Assembly (NCBI RefSeq): GCF_001194135.2
Contig: NC_069008.1
Location: forward strand, 301,291-334,296
DNA length: 33,006 bases
Reading direction: 5' to 3'
DNA from: Octopus bimaculoides
Taxonomy: Eukaryota
Under the pieces are notes generated by a model. The model did not search any database. It saw only the letters and a list, made by a program, of their open reading frames with translations, and was not told where the DNA came from. A program made the position numbers and the translations under genes. Of this stretch, positions 22,406 through 32,022 are shown piece after piece (position 1 is the first letter of the stretch; the number at the start of each line of letters is the position of its first letter).

Positions 22406-22691
22406 AACTATGATTTCCATTTTGATTTTCTCATTGCATGTAAATTTGTTCAACAGTTGAGGTCAGGTGAAGAAAACCGTGCTACTGGTATCATGTAACT
22501 CAGTTGAGCCTGTTTTAGTGGTCAGGTAGCTAACGAGTAAATCAGCTCCCCCACTTACCTTGCCAGGTGAGGAGGGTGCTGTGGATATTCTGCAGGACCT
22601 AAAACAAGACCTGTCAGAGGATAAATGAGTCCATTGTGAACCAGTGGCCATCCATGAGAGCAGTGTCTCTTAAAAGCATCCTACATAAGTT

Positions 22692-23068
22692 GCAGGAGTG
22701 GCTATGTGGTAAGAAGCTTGCTTCCCAACCACAGGGTTCTAGGTTCAGTCCCACTGTATGGCACCTTAGGCAAGTATCTTCTACTGTTTCCTCAGGCTGA
22801 CCAAAACTTATGAGTGGATTTGGTAGACGGAAACTGAAAGAAGCCTGTCATTTATATATGTGTGTGTGTCAGGACTTGACCCCCAGCACCATTTCACAAC
22901 TAGTGTTGGTTTGTTTTCATCACTGTAACTAAGCAGTTTGGCTAAATATAGAACACACAGAATAAGTACCAGGCCTAAAACAAGAAAAAAAAGGTACTGG
23001 CCAATCCATTTAAGTCGAAGCCGTGCCCCAGAATGGTCGTGGTCTAACAACTGAAACAAGTAAGAGAT
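22692..23068 (+). mobile_element. Full-length, diverged SINE family B
   Basis: gcaggagtggctatgtggtaag head through ctgaaacaagtaaga tail. Confidence 0.8.
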
Positions 23069-23629
23069 GAAGCATAGAATATGGCCTGGTGTAGTGTTCA
23101 GCTGCTCCAAGAACCATGAAGACTCCGAGGAAAGACAGACTGAGGCCTCATGCTGGAGCCAAGGTCCACAAATGGCGTGCTGTGGCTGCTGTTATGTCCT
23201 GGTTTGTGTCTGTTGTAAATAGCAACAAGGTCACTTGTGATGAATTGCTGGGGAGTTTCGTAACATTTTGGTGTAATATCCTGTGTTAGTTAGAAGGAGA
23301 CTGTGAGGAATCCTGCCCTGTATACTGATGCATTCTATTGTTTGGGTACTGGTGGTGGTGTTTGTTGTTGTCATTGCTGCCATCGTAGTAACAGCAGCAG
23401 CAGTAGTAGTAGTGGAGGTGTGTGTGTGTGGGGGGGGGGAGATGGTATCGTAGTTGAAGAGTAATGGCAGTTAAAAGGAGATGGTTATAGATGTGTTACT
23501 ACTACTACTACTACTACTACTAACACACCAAGCATTGACATTACTACCACAGGTACCACTACCACAGTGGCTGCAACTTCAAATACTACTACTTGTAGTA
23601 ATACTATATTATATGTTCAGTGTCAAGAA

Positions 23630-23634
<5 letters not shown>

Positions 23635-23665
<31 letters not shown>

Positions 23666-23721
23666 TAAACAAACAGGAGATTGATAGATAGATAGACAGA
23701 TAGATAGATAGATAGATAGAC

Positions 23722-23780
<59 letters not shown>

Positions 23781-23785
23781 CAGAC

Positions 23786-23848
<63 letters not shown>

Positions 23849-23852
23849 CAGA
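23635..23852. repeat. (AG)n and (AGAT)n microsatellite
   Basis: Directly visible. Confidence 0.95.
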
Positions 23853-23977
23853 TAGATAGATATCATAGAAGATGTATGCAGCCGGTTTATGTATATTTGT
23901 GTGTGTAATACGGATAGATATATGAGAACAGACAGTCCCTTATTTATATACATGTATGCGTAGATCGATAGATATAT

Positions 23978-24084
23978 ATTCTTTTACTTGTTTCAGTCAT
24001 TTGACTGCGCCCATGCTGGAGCAGATCGACCCCAGGACTTATTCTTTTTAACCTATTCTATCGGGTACTTTTGCCGAACCGCTA
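23978..24084 (-). mobile_element. Internally deleted 3' fragment of SINE family B
   Basis: tcttttacttgtttcagtcatttgactgcg...ttttgccgaaccgcta. Confidence 0.7.
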
Positions 24085-24351
24085 TTCGCAAGCATATAAA
24101 CACACACACACACACGTACACGCATATATACACGTTTATATATATATGTGTGTGTGTGTGTGTATGTTTGTATATATAATGTAGATATATATAAAGTCAC
24201 ACAGACACACACTTTAATATAGTATATACATGTTAGATGTGATTTTGCAAGCCGTACAGAATGAGTTTGAGTGTACCTAAATGTGGTGTGTGTGTGTGTG
24301 TGTGTGTGTTAATGGGTGTGCGTGTGTGTTGCAGCCAGCCAGCAAGCAAGC

Positions 24352-24417
24352 CAGCTGACCAGCCGGGGTGATACAGTTGCTTACGTCAGAAGCTGACACA
24401 GTGCTTCGGCACGTGAC
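24352..24417. promoter_or_regulatory. Candidate intronic cis-regulatory cluster (E-boxes plus CRE/ATF-like site)
   Basis: CAGCTG 24352-24357, CAGTTG 24374-24379, TTACGTCA 24381-24388, CACGTGAC 24410-24417 in a CpG-containing island between microsatellites. Confidence 0.25.
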
Positions 24418-24516
24418 CATCGGCAGGGGAATGAGGGAAGAAAAGAATAAGAGAATTGTAGAGGGGAAGAAGAGTAGAGGCAGGAGGTGGGCGACTGGCT
24501 CCCTCCCTCCCTTTCA

Positions 24517-24519
<3 letters not shown>

Positions 24520-24554
<35 letters not shown>

Positions 24555-24622
24555 TGCATGTGTGTGTGTATCTATACATATCTGTCTCTGTGTGGTTCTT
24601 ACGTGTTTACATGTGTATACTC

Positions 24623-24655
<33 letters not shown>

Positions 24656-24688
24656 ACACATACATATATATATATATATATATGTATG

Positions 24689-24725
<37 letters not shown>

Positions 24726-24812
24726 GTATATATATGTATGTATGTATATATATGTATGTATGTATGTATATATATGTATGTATGTATGTATATATATATA
24801 TGTATATGTATG

Positions 24813-24858
<46 letters not shown>

Positions 24859-25015
24859 TATGTGTGTATATATATATGTGTGTATATATATATATATATG
24901 CATCTTTATACATATGTATGTGTATTATGAATGAGTGTATGTATACATGTGTTTATGTACATATTTATATATGTATGTACGCATGTGTACATATATATAT
25001 ACATGCATATATATG

Positions 25016-25054
<39 letters not shown>

Positions 25055-25735
25055 TTATATATGTATATATATTTACATGTATATATATGTGTGTATATAT
25101 ATATATTTATTTATGTGTATGTATGTATATATATGTGTGTGTATGTGTGTGTGTGTGTTCTCTTTTCCATTTTAATCTAAAGTAAATTCTGACCGGCCAC
25201 CATCTTGGAGAGAAAGGAAGTATCACTCATTGAATCTTAAGAAGGTCTTAAAGTCTTATTATAGTCACAGACTTTATCATCATTTCTATGTATGTATATA
25301 TGTGTGTGTGTATGTATGTATATATGTGTGTGTGTATGTATGTACGTGCATATATATATATATATATGTATGCATGATTGTATGTGTGTATATATGTATG
25401 TTTGTATGAATTTATGATCATATGTATGTAGGATTGTGTGTATGTATATATGTATGGCATGTATGAATGTATGAGTGTATGTGTGTATGTATGACATGTA
25501 TATATGTATGAATGTGTGTATGCATTATTGTGTGTATTTATGTATGTATATATGTATGTATGTATGACTATATGTATGTATGTATGTATGTACGTGTTAG
25601 TATGTATGTATGGCGCATATGCATGTATGTGTTTGTATGAATGTATGTATATATTTGTATGTATGTGTTTGTATGAAAGTGTGTATATATGAATGTGTAT
25701 GTGTGTGTGTATGTGATTGTAAGGTGTGTATGTAT
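24520..25735. repeat. Large (CA)/(TA)/(TATG)/(TG) microsatellite complex
   Basis: Directly visible; explains the many Y/I/M/C/V-rich ORFs in the track. Confidence 0.95.
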
Positions 25736-26139
25736 GTTAAAGTTCAAGATTCAAGTGAATTGGGCCCTTAGATAGTAAAGCCCCAAGGTGGACCAATGAA
25801 GTCACAATCATTTACAAAACAGAATTACAGCAAAGTGAAGACTGATATGTATTCCAGTTTTTTGTACGATCTTGAATGTCTGACTGAATGTACCATGAGT
25901 CTCAAGGCTGTACCTGGGTACAACAGGGAAATTACGTCCTTTTCTCGCTGGAATTTGCCAGAGAGACATGAACTGGCACATATTTGGATTTGTAGAATGT
26001 CATTTTTTAATATGTTTAACTCATGTCTATATTCACCTGATGAAAACGTTTTCATTTTTTCACATGATGTAATAACTCTCTTCATCAAATCTTAGTAAAA
26101 TCATTGAATTAGTTTGGTTGGCAGAAGCCTAAAAATGTA

Positions 26140-26620
26140 CTTGTAACATCATCACCATGCAGAACACTTGCTATTGTTGAAAAGAATTTATTTTTCTTCA
26201 CATGTAACAATACGATGCGAAAATGGTTCGATTTTATACTGTGACAGCAACGAACAGCAAATTCCAAAATGACATTCAGTTTGTGTGATACCCACTTGAC
26301 CAGCTTCTTTACTTTGCCAGTTTGTTTGAGATGATCCAATACAGTTGCAATTGAAACGTCAAGTCTTGCTGCTAACCCTTGCATAGTTTCAGATGTATCC
26401 ACTTCCACTACAGTTTCCATCTCATGATTATCCACCATGGTCTCAGTTCTACCAAGGTGGATTTTCAAGAGAGAAGTCACCAGACCGGAACTTCTCAAAC
26501 CATTGACATACAGTGCACTCATCTGCCACATCTTCACCAAACACCTCACTGATGTTTCAAGCTGTCTGGGATGCATTGGTTCCATAAGCAACATGAACTT
26601 TTTATCAATCTATGGGTTCA
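26140..26620 (-). mobile_element. Degenerate mariner transposase, N-terminal half
   Basis: GTNASQTA*NISEVFGEDVADECTVCQWFEKFRSGDFSLENPP, then GRTETMVDN...LDHLKQTGKVKKLVKWVSHKLN (WVPHEL motif) and FSHRIVTCEEK; frameshifted with stops. Confidence 0.85.
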
Positions 26621-26714
26621 TAAAAACTGATTTACAAGAGAAAACTCAATTGGACACCATGGATTGCATTTCCAAACGTGATGATGTAACTCTTCAATGT
26701 TGTAAAACAAATAC

Positions 26715-26975
26715 ATGTGGTATCATGTCTATTCTCTTCAATGCCCCCACCCTGCATATTTCCCACTCCCAATTGTCATAGCTGTTCATTTTTTTCCTTC
26801 TTTTTTCTCTTCGATCCTGTTCTCACCAGGACATGTGATGTCAATTACCAAGCATGGTATTTTGGTCTTTTTTGTTCACCACAACAAGGTCAGGTTCCCA
26901 ATGTCTGATCTGATGGTCACACTGAATCATTGCATCCCACAGGATTTTTCAAGCTTCATTCTCAGGAACTTCTGA
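26715..26975 (-). mobile_element. Fragment of an RLE-type LINE endonuclease domain
   Basis: Minus strand ENEA*KILWDAMIQCDHQIRHWEPDLVVVNKK...LVIDITCPGENRIEEK, the typical RLE PD-(D/E)xK region. Confidence 0.7.
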
Positions 26976-26983
26976 GTTTTTAG

Positions 26984-27229
26984 CAGGGCTGTGGAGTCAG
27001 AGTCAATAAAACTATACTGACTCTGACTCCGACTCATGATATCTTTATTCTTTAATCTAAACCAGTTGTGACATATAGGCCGACTCAAAGTACAAGTGTA
27101 TGCATATGTTTTATGAGATATGTAGATCATAATCACTTGATTTCATTAAGAGGAGTCAGAATCAGAGGTGCCAATAGTAGAGGAGTCGGAGTTGGAGTCG
27201 AAGTTTTTTGTTTTGACTTCACAGCCCTG
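26984..27229. mobile_element. hAT-superfamily MITE (246 bp)
   Basis: 15 bp TIRs CAGGGCTGTGGAGTC / GACTTCACAGCCCTG (1 mismatch), identical 8 bp TSD GTTTTTAG at 26976-26983 and 27230-27237, sub-terminal GAGTC repeats. Confidence 0.92.
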
Positions 27230-27262
27230 GTTTTTAGTCATACCACATTTTCCCTCCCTACT

Positions 27263-27314
<52 letters not shown>

Positions 27315-27348
27315 TTCCTATTTTGAATTTGTTTCCCTTTTATTTCAG

Positions 27349-27438
27349 AATTCAGTCCATCATATTGTGCTAACATTGACTACTACAGACAAAGTTATGA
27401 CAGAGTGGAGCAAGCCAGTACTTCCATGGCCATCATTC
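27349..27438 (+). CDS. Coding exon 2 of the TARP-like gene (end of extracellular loop 1)
   Basis: tatttcag acceptor, gtaagt donor at 27439, 90 nt, phase 1-1; encodes (E)FSPSYCANIDYYRQSYDRVEQASTSMAII, matching the stargazin C-x2-ID segment. Confidence 0.85.
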
Positions 27439-27639
27439 GTAAGTTCGTCCTGCTTCACTTGCCACTAAATTCTTTCAGCCATACCTGTCTCCTTTATAAT
27501 TCTTTCTTCTAAAACAAAAAGCATGTCCCATGTGTGTGTGTGTGTGTGTGACACCCTGTCTGTTGCAAGTTCAATTTTGGTAATTCTGCCTCCGCATAAC
27601 TCCCTAAGGCTTCATCTTTGAAGATGGGAGGCATAATAG

Positions 27640-28232
27640 TAATAATAATTGTTTCAAGGTTTGTCACAAAGGCAGCCATTTTGGCGGGAGGGGACTAGTC
27701 GATTACATCGACCCCAGTACTCAACTTGTACTTAATTTATCGACCCCAGGAAGATAAAAGACAAAGTTGACCTTGGAAGAATTTGAACTCAGAACATAAA
27801 GACGGATAAAATGCCGCTAGGCATTTGGCCCAGCGTGCTATCGACTCTGCCAGCTCACTGCCTTAATAGTAATGATAATAATAATAATCCTTTCCCCTGG
27901 AAGCACAAGGCCTCAAGTTGGGGGAATGGATTAAGGTGATTACATTGACCCCAGTGTATAACTGGTACTCATTTAATTGAACCCTAAAAGATGAAAGGCA
28001 AAGTCAACCTCAGTGGAATTTGAACTCAGAGCATAGTGGCAGGCAAAATACTGCTAAACATTTCGTTCAGGGTGCTAACGATTCTGCCAGCTTGCTTCCT
28101 TAATAATAATAATAATGATAATAATAATGATGATGATGATGATGATGATGATGTCAGTAATGATGCTTTCTACTCTAGGCACATGGCCTGAAATTTGGAG
28201 GGAGGGGTCTAGTTGATTGCATCGACCCCAGT
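27640..28232 (-). mobile_element. Three head-to-tail SINE family A copies (about 27640-27864, 27866-28101, 28102-28232)
   Basis: Reverse complements show family A heads (first two), gagttcaaatt B box and (ATT/ATC)n tails. Confidence 0.8.
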
Positions 28233-28646
28233 GGTGGAAAAATACCCTCGTTTCAAACAGGTATTTCCTCGGCTGCCTATTGTAGCCTTTAGATCCCTAT
28301 ATTTATACTGTCATATATGGTGCCAGAACATTCTAGAATTTCTTGAAACTTTTAGAAACTTTTTAAAAGTTCTTCAAACTTTCAGAAAGTTTTAAAAAAT
28401 TCTGCTTCAGCAACTCAGTGCCAAATTTGTCTGAAATGTAATGGAAAATGGGTCAGTTCCAAGACATCGATGTCCAAGTCACAGAAGCAAAATGTGAAGG
28501 GAAGGGTAGTCATTTCCTTTGATTTCTAGAGAGAAGCAAACAGGAACTAACACTAACCAAAAAAACAAATAAAAAAATCTTTTTTACGTAGTGTACTCTG
28601 TCCATGTTTCTAGCTCTTCCTCTCACTCTCTCTTTCTCCCCCTCTG

Positions 28647-28684
<38 letters not shown>

Positions 28685-28685
28685 G

Positions 28686-28820
28686 GAGCCATCCGTTTGT
28701 CTGCACCATATCCAGTTTTTGCTCTCATCATGATCGTGGTGGCTGCCATAACCAGTGTGATTGGTAACATTAAGACCGACGTGAAAACTTTATTCGGTGC
28801 CATTATTTATGTTTTCTCAG
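28686..28820 (+). CDS. Coding exon 3 of the TARP-like gene (TM2 to start of TM3)
   Basis: (CT)n-ccag acceptor, gtgagc donor at 28821, 135 nt, phase 1-1; (R)AIRLSAPYPVFALIMIVVAAITSVIGNIKTDVKTLFGAIIYVFS resembles stargazin RAVRASSIFPILSVILL...IILSAGIFFVS. Confidence 0.9.
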
Positions 28821-28972
28821 GTGAGCTAAACACATGCACTTTCTTCCTTTATTCCTCTTTTATTTTGTTTTTTTGTGTTTGTGTATGTGTATATATATGT
28901 GTATATATGTATGTATGTATCCTGAGCACACCTGGGGGCATTTGATGTAAACAAATTAATATCTATGTATAT

Positions 28973-29362
28973 AGGCACAGCCATGGCTGTGTTGTAAGAA
29001 GCTGGCTTCCAACCATATGATTCCAGGTTCAGTCCCACTGCACGGCACCTTGAGCGAGTGTCTTCTGCCATAGTCTCAGCTGACCAAAGCCTTGTGAGTT
29101 GATTTGGTAGATATAAACTGAATGAAGCCCATCATGTATATATATATATGCATATGTTTGTGCGTCTGTGTTTGTCTTCCCATCATCGTTTGACAACTGA
29201 TACTGGTGTGTTTTCATCCCCGTAACTTACCAGTTTGGCAAAAGAGACCGATTGAATAAGTACTAGGCTTACAAAGAATAAATCCCGGGGTCGATTTGTT
29301 CAACTAAAGGCAGTGCTCCAGCATGGCTGCAGTTAAATGACTGAAGCAGTTAAAAGAATAAA

Positions 29363-29365
<3 letters not shown>
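28973..29365 (+). mobile_element. Full-length SINE family B
   Basis: Head through taaaagaataaaaga tail, followed by (TA)n. Confidence 0.85.
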
Positions 29366-29403
<38 letters not shown>

Positions 29404-29407
<4 letters not shown>

Positions 29408-29545
29408 AAATTGAAGGAATGGAAGAGACCACACTTGTTTCATAACTGGCAGAACCTCAGAAGTAGTATCTACTCAGACGAAGTTCTGCCAGCTATGAAA
29501 CATGTGTGGTCTGGATTTTATCTCCTCCATTCCTTCAATTTGGAT
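29404..29545. repeat. 142 nt inverted repeat (hairpin) in TARP intron 3
   Basis: Perfect 20 bp outer stem (29404-29423 / 29526-29545) and 32 bp inner stem with 3 mismatches (29426-29457 / 29481-29512). Confidence 0.9.
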
Positions 29546-30193
29546 TTTTACGTACATACCCAGCAGCCCCTGCTGCTAACTCTGAACTATAGAATAACTT
29601 TTCTCAGCTTATTGGACTTCGATATGGGAAACATTTACAACTGTGTCCATCAATAAACCACTATTGTTCCGGAAAGTTGTTTTTTTTTATAGCTTCTACA
29701 GACTGCATGAAGCTTACTCACTTCCTACACCTTGATCCTTGGATTTTATCTTTACATATTACCACACACACACACACACACATATATATAACATACATAC
29801 TTACATAAACACACACACAGACATTTCAAAATTAAACAGACACCCCTCATTATACTGTTCTATTGGTGCTGTGGACATTACTCATTAGTTCTCTGCTTAA
29901 ATGGGTTAAATTATTTAAAATTGCACAAGGCATCTCTACAAAATCCTTGATTAAGTATTCAAAGACATTAAATGACATTATTTGGTTTATAGAATCTTTC
30001 AAAACTAATGGCGTCTATTTACTTTTAAGATGTGTTTGTGTGTGTCTATATTTGTACGTGTATATATGTGCATATGCCAGATATGTATAAATGTATGTGC
30101 ATATACGTATGTACATATATATGTGTGCATATATTTATGTCCCTATATATGTGTGTGTGTGTGTGTATATATATATATGCATGTATACATGTA

Positions 30194-31205
30194 TATTAGG
30201 CAGAATACAGAGTCTTGTCGCATTTTGAATGAGGAAAGGAAAAGACACTTATTTGGTTGTAATGGATATATTTCATGAATATAATACTTTAGCCTCAATT
30301 TTAATAACCTAATCCCATCTGGCTGATAAGTTGTTGATCCCATCTGGGGCATAAAATCTTCAGGTTTCGATGTAAAAAGAGTTTCAATTTCTATTTTTAC
30401 CCCTCCTTGATTATTGAATTGTTTTCCCATTTAAATGATGTTGCATTGATCTGAAAAGCGGATAATCTGATGAGGCAAAGTTGGGTGGATCAGGAGGATG
30501 AGCCACAACTGCCATGTTAAGTGTGAGGAATTTTGTTTTGTGTAATGCAAGTTGTCATGGCTGATGTCAGTGCCACCTGACTAGCACCTGTGCCTGTGGC
30601 ACGTAAAAAGCACCATTTGAGCATGGCTGGTGCCAGTGCAAGTGGCACATAAAAAGCATCCTTTGATTGTGGTTGATGTCACTGCTGCTTGACTGGCCCC
30701 CATGCTAGTGGGACATAGAAATCCCCCAGTACACTCTTGGAGTGGTTAGCATTAGGAAGGGCATCCAACAGTAGAGACCTTGCCAGATTAGACTGGAGCT
30801 TGGTGCAGACTCCTTGCATGCCATTCTGCAATCAAACTATCCAACCCATGGCACCATTCAGAATGAATGATGATGAGGATGAGGATGATGATGCAGGAGC
30901 CTCACGCCTTTATAATTGACCAATGATGATGGCTTTTTCTGCAAATTTTCATACAGTGAATCCAGTTGGTGATAGTAATTACCAGTATTAATTGTTTCAC
31001 TGGAGTTCAATACTTCATATTAGATGACACTTTTCATGTTCCACTAAACACAAAGCATAACCTTTTCTGGGTGTAGTCTGCTCGTTTTCATTGGGTGATA
31101 ACCATTGTTGTTTCCTTTGGATATTATTGTAAAGCACCCACGTTTCATCATTGGTTATTCTTCTACTTGAAAAGGAGGTCACTGGCAATGAAGTGCAAAT
31201 GGCAG
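30194..31205 (-). mobile_element. Degenerate mariner element (catalytic domain plus 3' TIR), interrupted by a family E retroposon
   Basis: ICTSL...RRITNDETWVLYNNIQRKQQWL, MLCV*WNMKSVI*YEVL, GVRLL[insertion], AHPPDPPNFASSDYPLFRSMQHHL, GINNLSARWD*VI; TIR-like tattaggcagaatacagagtcttgtcgcatttt at 30194. Confidence 0.85.
30553..30893 (+). mobile_element. Retroposon family E copy with (GAT)n tail, nested in the mariner
   Basis: ggcacgtaaaaagcac repeats, ttagcattaggaagggcatccaacagtag, GAT tail. Confidence 0.7.
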
Positions 31206-31680
31206 CTCTGATAAAGTTGAGCATCAGCCAGAATATGAGGTCCTCCTTGAAGGCCTCATCAACTTTTTCAAGTTCCACTTGAAGAGGAAGATGAGAGTAG
31301 AGAGGGAAGTGCTGTCTCATAGCAAATTTATTGAAAGGTGGGTAAATATCAGTAAAATGGCCAGTATGAACGGACCAATTCTGAGGATACACCTGTAAAA
31401 AAAAAAAGGGTAATATAAAAGGAGAAAGGGCTCTCTACCCCTTTCTTATTTTCTGACCAGGCTCCCGTGGCTTTTATGGGTTTTTCCACGTGTAACCTTT
31501 CGAAGCGCCCCCCCCCCCCCATTGGGAGTTTTATTTGTTATATCTTTCTCTGTTTTCCTCACTGTTTACACGAACGTTTTTTCTACCTTTTCAGACAAAA
31601 CCCTTTGTACCCTTCGTCCTGTCTTTGTCCTTACATATTCTTAATTTATATTAGCTCTTGTGGCCAATAAAACCAGAATC

Positions 31681-31681
31681 A

Positions 31682-31725
<44 letters not shown>

Positions 31726-32010
31726 GAAGGTGAATGGCATAGTGGTTAGGGTGTTGCAATTATGATCACTAGATTATGATTTCAAGCAGTGCTGTTTTCT
31801 GCAAGTGCTCCACCCTTATTGCAGCCCCTATTTGTTGCACGTACTTCTCAAGATTTTTACTCACTGTTCCCATGGCTCCGACAATTATTGGTGGTAGTGG
31901 TACTAATTATTATTATTATTATTATCATTACTATTACTATTACTATTAGGTGGTAGTGGTAACAATTATTATTATTATTATTATTATTGTTATTATTATT
32001 ATTATTATTA
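31681..32010. repeat. (ATT)n tracts flanking a degenerate SINE D-like head (about 31726-31830)
   Basis: ATT repeats visible; atggcatagtggttagggtgttg resembles an A-box head. Confidence 0.7.
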
Positions 32011-32022
32011 TCTCTTCTTCAG

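Noticed and set aside
24368-25735. Tyr/Ile/Met/Cys-rich ORFs
   Set aside because: Translations of TA/TG/TATG microsatellites.
28228-28520. Possible DNA-transposon end (cagtggtggaaaaa... with ttctagaa-type repeats)
   Set aside because: No matching second terminus or TSD found in the window, so it cannot be classified.
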